Shown: positions 1-10,399, counted from the stretch's first letter. The stretch: 64,000 nucleotides of DNA from Caldisericia bacterium (GCA_963674785.1 OY771555.1:1280001-1344000); one strand, 5' to 3'. Numbers and translations are program-made. The notes: generated from the sequence alone by a model not told the origin.

Positions 1-29
1 TCGCTATATCAAAAATTCTTACTTAAAAA

Positions 30-3000
30 CTACTTTTCTGACGGATAAACAATCTCGATTGCTTGTTCGTCGGCAATCCAGTTGACATCTGCTTTGAGTG
101 CTTCGCAGGCAAACCTGAGTGGGAGCATTGTTCTTCCACCAACGATTGTTGGATAAAGAACTGTTGTCCCGTCAGCACCAAGAATCTTTACCTCGCTACC
201 ACTGATCTTTGCGGTTGAGTTGTCAATCCAGAGCTGAAGGACAGTGCTTCCAAGAGTTGCATCAACTCTTCTTTCGTCCCCATCCCAACCAACTGTTGCT
301 CCAAGTGCTTCAAAGATTGCACGAACTGGCATATATGTGTTTCCTGCAAGTGCTGCTGGAAGTGGTGGTGACTGTGTTGTTGGCATTGGGTCAAGGTCGT
401 CAACCTGTTTGTCGTTGATAACAAATTTTGCTGTATTTACCCAAAGCTTGAGTCTTGTTCTTGTGACGGCACCCTGAGTGTATGTGATTTTGTAGTTGCT
501 TGTTCTGCAATTATTGTAGCTGTCGCAGGTCTTGACTTCGATTTCGTTCAAGCCGCTATTAAGGGCAATAGTTTTTGTGAAGAACCATGTTTCATCAACA
601 TTTTCTGCAAACGGGTCTTCTTGAATTTTTACTGTTTCACCATTGATTGTGAGTTTTGCATTCTCTTCAGTGAAGCCCATAAATTCGATTGCACTTTCAC
701 CTGTTATCATGGAATTATCCAATGAAAGAAGGTTTTCGCTTGGTTTTGTAACAGTCAAAAATGGTGGTTCATTATCAAGATAAACAACTAGAGTAATTGC
801 GTCACTTTCGCCTGTGAAGTTTCTTGCGATAATAACGATGTTGTTGAATCCAGCTTTAAGGTCATATGGGTATTTGAATGAGCCATCGTTGTTGATTTTG
901 ATAACATTTCCATCGATGAAGAGAGTAACTTGTGAAAGACCTTCATCTGATTTTATTTTTCCTGAGAGCTCGATGTTTGATTCATTTGTTTTGATGTCTG
1001 AATAATTGTAGTCTTGCTCTTCTCTTCTTCTCTGTGCTTCTTCAATTGTTGGCCAAGGAGATGTGTGTTTGATTGGTGCTGAGAGTTCAACTACAGGTGG
1101 TTCTGCATTCTGTCTGATTGCAAGAGTGGTATCGTGTGCAATTGCAATGATATTATTTCCGCTTGCATCCATGAGACTTACATTCTCGATACCGATTCTG
1201 ATTCCATCCTTTTGAATCTTGTCACCTTTTGCTTTAAGGGTAAATGTCACAACGATGTTTTCATCGCGGTCTGCATAAACACCAGACTGCTCTCTGCTAA
1301 TGCTTACTGAGATTCTTCCTGGAGTGTGATCGTAATCCCATGATGGCTGCTCTCCGCCTCTTGTGAGGAATCCTCCAAGTGAGATATGTGTTACATCGAG
1401 GTACTGGTCATCATAAACAAAATCAAGCATTGCACCCATAACCTCGAGACCGCCCTTAAGATTAACCTTTACTTCAGTCTGTTTACATATGTCGTTGATT
1501 GCACAAGATGTAATGATGTGTCTTTCGGGGATAAGTTCGACATCAAGCTTTTTTGCTTTTGCCTTTATTTCAAGAACCTTATCAAATGGTTCGCCACGTG
1601 AATTTGAGCCTGTTCCTTTGATGGATACTTTGTATCCATCTTCAATATAAGCCATGTCCTGATTTGCTTTGAGTGAAACAATGCTTTCAAATGGTGGAAC
1701 TCCAAATGCTGGGTTGAATGTTGCTGTGAAAAACTCTGATGACTCTTCACCAAGTACGAGGTTTACTGGGTTATCGTATTCGTTGATTGAATCAACCGAA
1801 AGCTTGAAGTCAGTTACCTGCCCAGGGGCAACATCAATGATCGCTTTGCCTATTGGCTCCATTTCAAATGATGGTGGCTTGGCTGGTTCGATAAGCATAC
1901 TAAGGTCAAACTTCTCAACAGTTCCTGAAGCAGTTTCTGAGACCTTAAGTAGATAGTTACTTTCCGTTCCTTCTGGGCTTTCAACAGGGACATCCATTGA
2001 CACACCAATAACGACTGATTCCATTGGGTGGAGGCTTAATTCTGCACCACTTGCCGTTGGCACGGAGTCGATCATTATCATTGTTTCCCATGCTTCGCCT
2101 GAGACGTGATTCATGTCTACAGTGAAATCTAATGGGATGTTGCCAAGATTTGTAAGCACGTATGACTGTTCAGGTCTTGAGCCAGCCTGGACGCTGAAAT
2201 CTGATTCTGACTGTGTGAGGCTGTATTTTCTAAAGAGTGGCTGCTTGAGATCGCACATTGTTGACTGAAGGATTTCTTTTGTGGTGTTATCCTGAATCCA
2301 AGCAACGATGAAACAGTTTTTGTAGAGAGTTGTCCAATCGTATTCGGTACCAGTTGTTGGAAGTTTGAATTTCATGTCGTAGTATGTTGTTCCGACAGGA
2401 AGTGAGATTGGATCACCAAGGTGACCCTTGTCTTCAGCTGGTTCTTCTCCGTAGTGATGGAGCATCTTCATGACTGTGAGTGAGTGTTCTTCCTCACCAT
2501 TATCGGCTGAGAATTCAACATTGTTTTCAACGAGAGTGAAGTACACATTGAGATCTCTATAGCTGCTTACATCCTGATATGTTTTGATTTCAAGGTTTGC
2601 AAAACCAACTGATTTTCCAATTGTTCCCTGGAGGAACAGTTTGATTGGAGAGCGCTGCTCTTTGTAATCAACAACTCTCTGGTAGAATCTCCAGTAACTA
2701 TAGGAGCTACCAGACATTTTTCTGTCGGGGAGAATATCAGGAGCTTTGTCCTGTCTTTCGTGAGGTCCGTCACCTTCTGAGAAGTTCTGAAGCCCATTAT
2801 ACATCGTGGTTGGAAGACCTTCTTTTGTGTACCATCTGTATCTGTAATGGTGTTCTTCCTGCGTCATACCTGAGTTATCTTTTGGGGCGTCAGCATAGTA
2901 AGCAATAGGGATAATTTCTGCATACCCGTATTCTTCCGCCATTCTGTATTGTGATTCTCTGTGATATGGACAATACTGACACCAAACGGCTGTGAAAGTC

Positions 3001-5663
3001 TCAGTTAGAAGTGTTCTTGGAACATATCCAGTGCTTTCCGTTGGTGGATTGACAAGGAGGGCAACTGTGAATGCGACCTCTTTGTTCTGGGCAGTCGATG
3101 ACTTCATTACAATTTCGATTTCGTAGATACCCGGAATGAGTTCGCCTCTGGATTTGAAAGTTACGGTTGTTTTTGTTGCGCCATCTTTAACTCTGATTGT
3201 GCTTGGATCAAAGCTTATATTTAGTGCGGTAAGAGCAAATCCTGAGCAGTCGACATTTTTAACATCAAGGTGAGGATGTTTGTTTTCCGATCCATTTGGA
3301 ACAACACAGAGTTTTGCAGGTTTTTTGTATGTCAAGCTAACATTTCCATCAAAACCATTCTGAGGAAGAACCTCAAGTTCAAGTGTTCCGGGTGTGTCGC
3401 TATCAAGTTCTACAAAAAGAACTGTGTCTGGGCTTAAAGTAAATCCATAGCTATCTGAAACAAGAACTTTTACGGGAACCTTTATGGTGCCTTTGTTTGT
3501 TTTGATATTGAGAACTGCTTCAATTGTTTCACCTGCAGCCATACCTGTTGTGTCAACTTTGACATTGACCATGATGGTGTCACCGACGAAATTCTTTGGT
3601 TCAACTGAAACAAAATTAAGATCCTGCTCGATATCGATACTTCCTGAAAGCATTCCACCAGACCAGTTTCTGATCTCTATTCTTTTCTGAAGTGTCTGAC
3701 CAACACCCATTACACCGAAGTCAAGAATATTTGGTGCAACAGTAAAATATACATTGTAATCTGGTTGTGAAACAAATGTTGCAGTATCGATTCTTGGAAG
3801 ATTAAAGACGGTGCTGTATGGGATAACCTGAAGTCTGTGGTTTCTTGTATCAGCAACAACTATTCCTTGGTCATTGCATGCGATTGCCTCAGGATACATG
3901 AAAAAGCCTTTTGCCTCTTTATATTCATCGCCTTCCTGCATTGCGTTTTCCCAGCCAGCTTTTGAGAAGAATATTGCTCTTCCTGGACCACCAGTTTTAC
4001 CATAATCCCAGGATCTTGTTGAGTTGTTGTCAAAAACAACAAGTCTGTCGTTGAATGTATCTGCGGCAAAAATCATACCTGATTCATCATATGAACAATC
4101 GGATGGGAAGAAGAGCATTCCTTCACCTCTACCTTTGTGCCCATACTGTCTGATTGGGTTGCCGTCCATGTCAAACTCTTGAAGTCTGCAGTTTGCTGCG
4201 TCGGCTACAAGGAGTTTTCTGCCATCTGTTGTAATGCTTTTTGGAAGATTAAACTGTCCAGGTGATGAGCCAAATCCGCCAAACTGACCAAGGAATTCGC
4301 CACCAATTGAGAAAGTCTGAACAAGGTTGTTTCCGGTGTCTGCAACAAATATCTTTCCAAGTGATGAGGAAACTGCAATATCTGATGGTGAGTTAAGTTT
4401 GCCATTTCCGTAACCAAATGAGCCTATTGTGTTCTGGTATTTGCCGTTTCCTGAGAAAACTTTAACACAATGGTTTCCGCTGTCTGCGACATATATGTTT
4501 CCATCTTTGTCAAAATCAAGCCCTTCAGGTGTGAGAAGTTCGTTTGTGCCTGTACCTTTTTTCCCGAATTCAGATGAAAATCCATTTTCGTTGAAAAGAA
4601 GGATTTTTGAACGAGCTGAGTCTGCAACGGCATATGTGCCGTTTGAGATTGAAAGACCAACAGGGAGTCCAAATGAACCAGAACATGCATTATCATCCTC
4701 AGGAAGAGAAGAAACATATTTGCCATCTGGGTTGAAAATGTCTACTCTGTTGTTTTTGTAAGAGGAGACGTAGATTTTTCCGTCTAGAACTGTGATTCCC
4801 ATTGGACCATTGATCTGTCCTCTGCCATTTCCAGGGGATCCGAACGAATTTATTGTTGTACCATCAAGAGAATAAACGAGGATTGAGTTTTCTGAATAGT
4901 CTGTGACATAAACTCTGTTGTCAAAAATAGTTATTCCGTATGGAGCTTTTGCTTCGCCAAAAGCATTAATGAAGCTTCCGTCGATTCCAAATATAAATAT
5001 TTTTCCAGCTGATGGGTCAGTGACAAAGATTTTTCCTTCAGTGACAGCAATTCCTGTTGGTTTTTCGAGTGTATAGTTTTCGCCGTCTGTTGTTGGAATT
5101 GTGAGTGCAAGATTGTCTTTAAGGTCAACTGCGATGATGTTTTTTGCACCAGTATTTGCGATATATAAGAGACCGTTGAATGCAAAAATATCACTTGGAT
5201 GAACCATGTATGATTCACCTGTTTGTGGATTTATAGCGTGAAGCTCTTTTTCTATTTCGTCGTCTGATCTGTTTCCGCGAACGAGGATTTTTCCATAAAA
5301 TCTATCCAACCAGTAAATCTTGTTTTGGAAACATGTGATTCCACCTGGATCTGAGTTAAGGAATTCATGGCTACCTAGAAGTCCGTATGCGTACTGAGGT
5401 GTCCCATCTTTCAAGATGGCTTGAACTCTGGTGTTGATACTGTCAACAATGTAGACTCTGTTACCTTCATTAGCGAGCCATGTGGGGCCAACAAAAGAGC
5501 CAATAGCACATTCATTTCCGACGAGTTTTACCCCGAAATCAGATAAACGATTTTTATGCTCTTCGTTTGCTAAAACACTTCCAATGACTGGTAGATAAGA
5601 TAGTACCAATAACAATCCTAGTGCCAATGAGATGGCTTTCTTTTGTAAACTTGCGAAACTCAT
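30..5663 (-). CDS. Large secreted surface protein: NHL-repeat beta-propellers, Ig-like domains, Omp28/thioredoxin-like CxxC domain, cohesin-like domain, C-terminal copper amine oxidase N-terminal (stalk) domain
   Basis: Signal peptide; repeated P-x-GIAV...IYVAD-x-GNH-x-V NHL motifs; ETFTAVWCQYCP; cohesin-like GAMLDFVYDDQYLDV...VVTFTLKAK; stalk motifs TYMPVRAIFEALGATVGWD and GRTMLPLRFACEAL. Confidence 0.85.
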   Translation of the reverse strand: MSFASLQKKAISLALGLLLVLSYLPVIGSVLANEEHKNRLSDFGVKLVGNECAIGSFVGPTWLANEGNRVYIVDSINTRVQAILKDGTPQYAYGLLGSHEFLNSDPGGITCFQNKIYWLDRFYGKILVRGNRSDDEIEKELHAINPQTGESYMVHPSDIFAFNGLLYIANTGAKNIIAVDLKDNLALTIPTTDGENYTLEKPTGIAVTEGKIFVTDPSAGKIFIFGIDGSFINAFGEAKAPYGITIFDNRVYVTDYSENSILVYSLDGTTINSFGSPGNGRGQINGPMGITVLDGKIYVSSYKNNRVDIFNPDGKYVSSLPEDDNACSGSFGLPVGLSISNGTYAVADSARSKILLFNENGFSSEFGKKGTGTNELLTPEGLDFDKDGNIYVADSGNHCVKVFSGNGKYQNTIGSFGYGNGKLNSPSDIAVSSSLGKIFVADTGNNLVQTFSIGGEFLGQFGGFGSSPGQFNLPKSITTDGRKLLVADAANCRLQEFDMDGNPIRQYGHKGRGEGMLFFPSDCSYDESGMIFAADTFNDRLVVFDNNSTRSWDYGKTGGPGRAIFFSKAGWENAMQEGDEYKEAKGFFMYPEAIACNDQGIVVADTRNHRLQVIPYSTVFNLPRIDTATFVSQPDYNVYFTVAPNILDFGVMGVGQTLQKRIEIRNWSGGMLSGSIDIEQDLNFVSVEPKNFVGDTIMVNVKVDTTGMAAGETIEAVLNIKTNKGTIKVPVKVLVSDSYGFTLSPDTVLFVELDSDTPGTLELEVLPQNGFDGNVSLTYKKPAKLCVVPNGSENKHPHLDVKNVDCSGFALTALNISFDPSTIRVKDGATKTTVTFKSRGELIPGIYEIEIVMKSSTAQNKEVAFTVALLVNPPTESTGYVPRTLLTETFTAVWCQYCPYHRESQYRMAEEYGYAEIIPIAYYADAPKDNSGMTQEEHHYRYRWYTKEGLPTTMYNGLQNFSEGDGPHERQDKAPDILPDRKMSGSSYSYWRFYQRVVDYKEQRSPIKLFLQGTIGKSVGFANLEIKTYQDVSSYRDLNVYFTLVENNVEFSADNGEEEHSLTVMKMLHHYGEEPAEDKGHLGDPISLPVGTTYYDMKFKLPTTGTEYDWTTLYKNCFIVAWIQDNTTKEILQSTMCDLKQPLFRKYSLTQSESDFSVQAGSRPEQSYVLTNLGNIPLDFTVDMNHVSGEAWETMIMIDSVPTASGAELSLHPMESVVIGVSMDVPVESPEGTESNYLLKVSETASGTVEKFDLSMLIEPAKPPSFEMEPIGKAIIDVAPGQVTDFKLSVDSINEYDNPVNLVLGEESSEFFTATFNPAFGVPPFESIVSLKANQDMAYIEDGYKVSIKGTGSNSRGEPFDKVLEIKAKAKKLDVELIPERHIITSCAINDICKQTEVKVNLKGGLEVMGAMLDFVYDDQYLDVTHISLGGFLTRGGEQPSWDYDHTPGRISVSISREQSGVYADRDENIVVTFTLKAKGDKIQKDGIRIGIENVSLMDASGNNIIAIAHDTTLAIRQNAEPPVVELSAPIKHTSPWPTIEEAQRRREEQDYNYSDIKTNESNIELSGKIKSDEGLSQVTLFIDGNVIKINNDGSFKYPYDLKAGFNNIVIIARNFTGESDAITLVVYLDNEPPFLTVTKPSENLLSLDNSMITGESAIEFMGFTEENAKLTINGETVKIQEDPFAENVDETWFFTKTIALNSGLNEIEVKTCDSYNNCRTSNYKITYTQGAVTRTRLKLWVNTAKFVINDKQVDDLDPMPTTQSPPLPAALAGNTYMPVRAIFEALGATVGWDGDERRVDATLGSTVLQLWIDNSTAKISGSEVKILGADGTTVLYPTIVGGRTMLPLRFACEALKADVNWIADEQAIEIVYPSEK

Positions 5664-5696
5664 GCAAGCCCCCTTCCTAAGCTTTAAGTCGATAGC

Positions 5697-5724
5697 ATTA
5701 TAGGGAGGCTTGGATTAAACTCAA
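5697..5724 (-). promoter_or_regulatory. Putative sigma70 promoter of the 1877-aa gene
   Basis: Minus strand TTGAGT-N16-TATAAT, followed by SD-like AGGAAGGGGG before ATG 5663. Confidence 0.5.
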
Positions 5725-5850
5725 CACAAAACAGACAATATTTGATTTAAATATTGGTGTAGTCAAAATTTTGCAATAAGAATACTTATACTGAATTCCT
5801 TTTGTAAGTTTAGAATTAATTGGTATATTTTGGTCAAATGTTAAAAACAT

Positions 5851-6150
5851 TTATTTATGGTAAATACAAGGAAATTCGCTGCATGAAGCGCAGTTTTTTA
5901 TCTGTTTTTTTGCAACACACATTCTGATTCTACATTCTTGACAATATGTAAACAGAACCTCTGAATCTGATTGACACCCATCACAACTAATGCCATCAAT
6001 GTCAGACGAGCACTTTATTTCCAATCCCCATTTCTTGGAAACCCTTATTTTGTCAGAATATGTTTTCGCGTTAAAGACATCACATTTAGAACAGTCAAAT
6101 CCGCAACAAGCGGTATGAGGATTACGGCTTTGATTTTCTGAATTTTTCAA
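5851..6150 (-). CDS. DUF3795-like Cys-rich protein (second copy, start uncertain)
   Basis: CCGFDCSKC...CDGC...CQECRIRMC...NCASCSEFPC pattern matches the upstream paralog; nearest start is TTG 6150, overlapping the upstream gene. Confidence 0.6.
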   Translation of the reverse strand: MKNSENQSRNPHTACCGFDCSKCDVFNAKTYSDKIRVSKKWGLEIKCSSDIDGISCDGCQSDSEVLFTYCQECRIRMCVAKKQIKNCASCSEFPCIYHK

Positions 6151-6472
6151 GGTTTTCTTTTGCTTCAGGGGGAAGGTATTTGAAGAAGTTGTTGATTCTC
6201 TCACAGAGATATTCATCACAATTCGCACAAGAAACTGTTTTCTTCTCAATTCCGCATGCTCTTACTTCACACTGAGAACAATGACCAATTTTCGGTTCGC
6301 CTTCTTCCATGCATCCAATGCAGTTGATGCTTTCTGGTTTAATATCTGCTGAGTACCATTCTGACCATAGTTTGGCAGTTTTTATTCTCAACTCTCCATC
6401 ATCAGTCTTGTGGGCGATAAACGCTGGACACTCTGAACATTTCAGGCCACACACTCCAAAAATCTCTTCCAT
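6122..6472 (-). CDS. DUF3795-like Cys-rich protein
   Basis: CGLKCSECPAF...CIGC...CSQCEVRAC...SCANCDEYLC; SD GAAGGTG. Confidence 0.8.
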   Translation of the reverse strand: MEEIFGVCGLKCSECPAFIAHKTDDGELRIKTAKLWSEWYSADIKPESINCIGCMEEGEPKIGHCSQCEVRACGIEKKTVSCANCDEYLCERINNFFKYLPPEAKENLEKFRKSKP

Positions 6473-6555
6473 GGGTTCACCTTCCTTTTGTTTAACTACA
6501 TTGTATGATTTTTTGCATCTTTGACAAATTCGATTTCAGATATATAACTAGGATT

Positions 6556-7302
6556 ATGGATTTAAAAGAAATAGCTGGTATTAGCGCTGTTTTGGATATT
6601 GATGGTTCGCTGTCGTTTCCTGATGTTCCCGAAGGTGTAAAAGCTACTGAAAGACTTTTTTCAGCAGCCAAGGATTATTACTATGATGAAACGAGCAATA
6701 ATAACAAGGTTCTATATAGGGTTTATAGAGATGTATGTTTACCTGAACATAAAGAACTGATTTCATCAAACAATCTTCGGTATGACATGGTTTCAATCTC
6801 ACCTGGAAAAATTGGTAGGGAGTTTATAAAAACAATTGGTCACTACCATCCAAAGGCTGATGGGAATGAAGCTTATCCTGAGATATATGAGGTACTTCAT
6901 GGTTCTGCTATTCTTTTACTTCAAGATGAGAATATTGCAGATGCGATTGTGGTACATGCAGAGGTAGGAGCAAAAGTACTTATCCCTCCTGGATATGGTC
7001 ACATAACAATCAACCCTGGAAATGAATACCTGGTTTTTTCAAACATCATTTCGAATACATTCACATCTGTTTATGGTCTTGTTGAGAAAAATCATGGCGG
7101 AGTTTATTACTATATTGAAGAAAATGGCGTGAAGAGATGGATGAAAAATCCATTCTATATCAAACATCCGGAACTCAAAACACTTGAACCTGGGCAGATG
7201 CCAATGATTGTTGGGCTTTCTGGTCCGCTTTATCAAAATCTGATTGAGGATCCCTTCAGATTTGTGTGTATGAACAATCCTCAGCTTTGTCCAAGCTTTT
7301 AG
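6556..7302 (+). CDS. Cupin-type (archaeal-like) glucose-6-phosphate isomerase
   Basis: KTIGHYH...YPEIYEVLHG...IPPGYGHITINPG; start placed at MDLKEIAG. Confidence 0.85.
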   Translation: MDLKEIAGISAVLDIDGSLSFPDVPEGVKATERLFSAAKDYYYDETSNNNKVLYRVYRDVCLPEHKELISSNNLRYDMVSISPGKIGREFIKTIGHYHPKADGNEAYPEIYEVLHGSAILLLQDENIADAIVVHAEVGAKVLIPPGYGHITINPGNEYLVFSNIISNTFTSVYGLVEKNHGGVYYYIEENGVKRWMKNPFYIKHPELKTLEPGQMPMIVGLSGPLYQNLIEDPFRFVCMNNPQLCPSF

Positions 7303-8321
7303 AAATCTGATGTTTTTGGTATCTGGAATGAGAAACTACATCTTTCAGCTCCACTGATGATCGTTTCGTCTACGTTCACGTGAATGCTTTTCTGAAAGAT
7401 TCCTTCCCATAATTGCCTGACCCATCCCGCACTACAATTGCAGAATGAGTGAGGAATCTCCTCTGGGTTGTGTTTGACAATTGGACAGAAACAATATGCC
7501 ATGATCTTTTCTTCTTTGGTTTTTGCAGCAGTATACAATTTCGGGTTGGCTGGGTTTTTCCAGGTTATAATTTTATCCCCTTCTCTTTTGATATTTCCGT
7601 ACCAGCCAGATTGCTTTTTCATGAAAGAGATAAGATCATCAATATCAGGATTCGATTCAAACTGTTTTCGTGCCTTTTTTGTAAGGTCAACAGGAAATAC
7701 GTGGGCGCATTTTGAGACAACTTCATAACGGCATTTTTCATCAGTTATTTTTTCAAGTTTTGATGTAGCCTCTTTTATCCATTTAAATCGATCTATTATA
7801 GACGAAAACACATCGACTGATTTCAAGTTTGAGATAATTTTTTCTGTTTTGGATTTGTCAACATTGCTTTCGAGGTTTGTCAAAAACAAATGATGCCAGT
7901 TGTGAAGAGGAATCTGGATTTCGATATCACCATTCTCGTGCCATACTTCAATATAATATTCATCAACAATGAATTTATTCTCCGATGTATATTTATATGT
8001 TTCTCGAATAGAGGTGATTAATGATTCAAGTCCATTTATGTGGATGTGCGAGATGACATTGATTTCTGGAATTATCCTTGTTTGCAACGTTTCTGATTCA
8101 AACCCTTTTGGTGCTGGAAACCCTATTTCAACATCAAGCCCCTCATTCATTGTTCCATATCTGTAGATACAAATAACATCTTCAGTTGTTTCAGAACCAA
8201 ACAAATCTTTTACTTCATTGATTTTCTTTTTGATCTCTGATTTTTCTGAAAGATGAAATCTCTTGCTTACAAATTGTACGGGTTTAATAGTTTTATGACC
8301 ATATCTAGTGCCTTTTTCCAT
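7299..8321 (-). CDS. GyrI-like effector domain fused to a Cys-containing DUF6144/V4R-like domain
   Basis: N-terminal DVEIGFP...YIEVWH; C-terminal YCFCP...FCNCSAGW...GAERCSF. Confidence 0.6.
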   Translation of the reverse strand: MEKGTRYGHKTIKPVQFVSKRFHLSEKSEIKKKINEVKDLFGSETTEDVICIYRYGTMNEGLDVEIGFPAPKGFESETLQTRIIPEINVISHIHINGLESLITSIRETYKYTSENKFIVDEYYIEVWHENGDIEIQIPLHNWHHLFLTNLESNVDKSKTEKIISNLKSVDVFSSIIDRFKWIKEATSKLEKITDEKCRYEVVSKCAHVFPVDLTKKARKQFESNPDIDDLISFMKKQSGWYGNIKREGDKIITWKNPANPKLYTAAKTKEEKIMAYCFCPIVKHNPEEIPHSFCNCSAGWVRQLWEGIFQKSIHVNVDETIISGAERCSFSFQIPKTSDF

Positions 8322-8327
8322 GCGGGT

Positions 8328-8356
8328 ATAATAGTTGAAAAGCTTTGGGTGGTCAA
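8328..8356 (-). promoter_or_regulatory. Leaderless-type sigma70 promoter
   Basis: TTGACC-N17-TATTAT-N6-ATG(8321); no SD. Confidence 0.6.
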
Positions 8357-8369
8357 TTCTGTGGGGGAT

Positions 8370-9329
8370 CTATCTCAGAAGCCACTTTTTGTTTTTTGCT
8401 TTTACGAGTATCCCTGTTATTACTATCATAACTGCAACAGTTATCCCGTAAGTGAAAGGAGAAATAAAAGTTTTTTCGTTTGAGAGTGCTGCAACAGGGT
8501 ATAGACCAATGTGTGCAAAAATGAAATTCATGAATGCATGGGTAATTGTTGTGACGATTACTGAGCCTGTCGTCTCAAAAAGCAATCCCATGAAAATTCC
8601 AAAGAGGAAAGTAAAGAAGATGTATCCTGCAAAATCAAAAAGTGATCCATTGTATCCGATGATATAATTGATGTGGTACAGACCAAATAGAGTTGCTTGA
8701 ATCATCAAAGCTCTGAAAAAACCAAATCTTTTAAGTTTTGTTTGAATGTATCCTCTGAAAATAATCTCTTCTGCAAAGTTGCCAAGTAAAAAGAAAACCA
8801 AAGCGATTATCGATGAGGATCCAAAAGGAGTTATGTTTAATGTGTATGATTCAACAGAAAGACTTAAAAAGACCGGGATGAGGATTGCCAAAAGTGCATA
8901 GATACCCCAAACACTTAATACTGAGATGAGTGACCACAATAACTGACTACCAAGATATTTTATTGAAAGACCGTAGTCTACTAGTTTGTTTCTGTCGATG
9001 TATGATACCAACATAAAGAAAAGTATTATCATGCCAGCTTTTTCCCACACACCTCTTGTGATTGCATAGATTGGTAGCCTTAAGGCTATTATGAGTCCAA
9101 AAACAATTAATGATTTTATAAGTTCTGATTTAAAAGTGCTCTCCACAAAAGAGACCAAACTCACTTTCAAAGAAGTATGAAAGGAGAAAACAATAGAGAT
9201 TATTAGTGTGAGGAGGATGAAGGTAACACCGATTATATCACTTCTTGAAAATGAAATAATTGTTGCGGTTACACATACAAGTAAGTATATTCCGATTGTG
9301 AATAGGTATCGAATGTGTTCGGATTTCAT
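8370..9329 (-). CDS. CPBP/CAAX (Abi) family intramembrane glutamic endopeptidase
   Basis: AEEIIFRG, FGLYH and HAFMN motifs; multiple TM helices. Confidence 0.9.
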   Translation of the reverse strand: MKSEHIRYLFTIGIYLLVCVTATIISFSRSDIIGVTFILLTLIISIVFSFHTSLKVSLVSFVESTFKSELIKSLIVFGLIIALRLPIYAITRGVWEKAGMIILFFMLVSYIDRNKLVDYGLSIKYLGSQLLWSLISVLSVWGIYALLAILIPVFLSLSVESYTLNITPFGSSSIIALVFFLLGNFAEEIIFRGYIQTKLKRFGFFRALMIQATLFGLYHINYIIGYNGSLFDFAGYIFFTFLFGIFMGLLFETTGSVIVTTITHAFMNFIFAHIGLYPVAALSNEKTFISPFTYGITVAVMIVITGILVKAKNKKWLLR

Positions 9330-10399
9330 TTTTTCTTCCCTACAGGAATCTGCTTAAACCGTATCCCATAAACAATACTAAAAAACAATAAGACAATTAA
9401 TGAGAAAACAGATGCAAGCAAAATCAGCCAAGTTTTTCTATTGTTTGAGTTTTTCCAGGAATAATAATCATCGATCACAGCCAGGGTTGACTCAATCTGA
9501 TTTTTGTCATGTTCTTTTGCAATTTGGAAAATTGCCTGATAAAGAGTCATGTTTGGTCTCATTCTTATTTGGAAATCATAATCTGAGGAGAATTGTGGGA
9601 GGTCTTTCCAAAGCCCCAATCTTTGCTCTTCAATTTTTTGAAGAAGTATTTTTGTTTGTTCAGTTGGCTCTGTTTTTACCATAACTTCATCTTTTTCAAC
9701 CTCGTATCTGAGGCTTCTGATGAATGTCGAAAACTCTATCCCAAAATATCTTTTGATAGAATTGTCAATCCCAAACCTGCAAGAATATAGAAAGTTTTTG
9801 AAAAGCTCTGGTTCGGTTTCGTTTTCAAACTGGTAGATTCTTGATGCAGCAAGTAGTATCGTGTTTGTGTTTGATGAGCTGAGCGTATGGTTTTTATCTG
9901 GGTCTTTTGTTAGAGGTATTTCTGAATATGCATATCTGATTTCTGTCGCAAGCTGAATTGGGTCAATTTCCAAGTATTTTGTGGCAAGGTAGAATGAGAG
10001 AATATCGATTGTCGACAGAGGACAATTTGGCCAGATATGTAAAAGAATAGAACTGAAAATTGGGTTTATATGTCCGATTGAACCTTCAAAGTTTTTTGAA
10101 ATAATTAAATTTAGTGTCCCATTGCCTTTTCTTTTGTTAGCAAGGTATGATTGGTTTTCACAAGGGAAAATTCTGAATTTGGTATTATTTTCTAGTTCGA
10201 TGTCAAATGTTTTTTCAAAAATCTCAATCTGAGACAAGATATCGACTTCTACTTTGCTTCTAAAAACTAAATCTTCTGAGAAATTATCCAAAAAAACAAA
10301 CTCAAATCCTAAGTGATCAGGATTTGAGTTTGCAAAAACACCCATCATTGGGTGTAATAAAATCAAAGTTGTTATTACATAAACTACAAGTTTTTTCAC
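9326..10399 (-). CDS. Hypothetical exported protein with C-terminal membrane anchor
   Basis: Signal peptide; C-terminal hydrophobic helix with basic tail; overlaps both neighbours by 4 nt. Confidence 0.7.
   Translation of the reverse strand: MKKLVVYVITTLILLHPMMGVFANSNPDHLGFEFVFLDNFSEDLVFRSKVEVDILSQIEIFEKTFDIELENNTKFRIFPCENQSYLANKRKGNGTLNLIISKNFEGSIGHINPIFSSILLHIWPNCPLSTIDILSFYLATKYLEIDPIQLATEIRYAYSEIPLTKDPDKNHTLSSSNTNTILLAASRIYQFENETEPELFKNFLYSCRFGIDNSIKRYFGIEFSTFIRSLRYEVEKDEVMVKTEPTEQTKILLQKIEEQRLGLWKDLPQFSSDYDFQIRMRPNMTLYQAIFQIAKEHDKNQIESTLAVIDDYYSWKNSNNRKTWLILLASVFSLIVLLFFSIVYGIRFKQIPVGKKK

Noticed and set aside
5665-5712. Inverted repeat that could sequester the SD of the 1877-aa gene (thermometer or riboswitch-like)
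   Set aside because: The distal arm overlaps and lies upstream of the predicted -10 box, so it is probably not transcribed from that promoter
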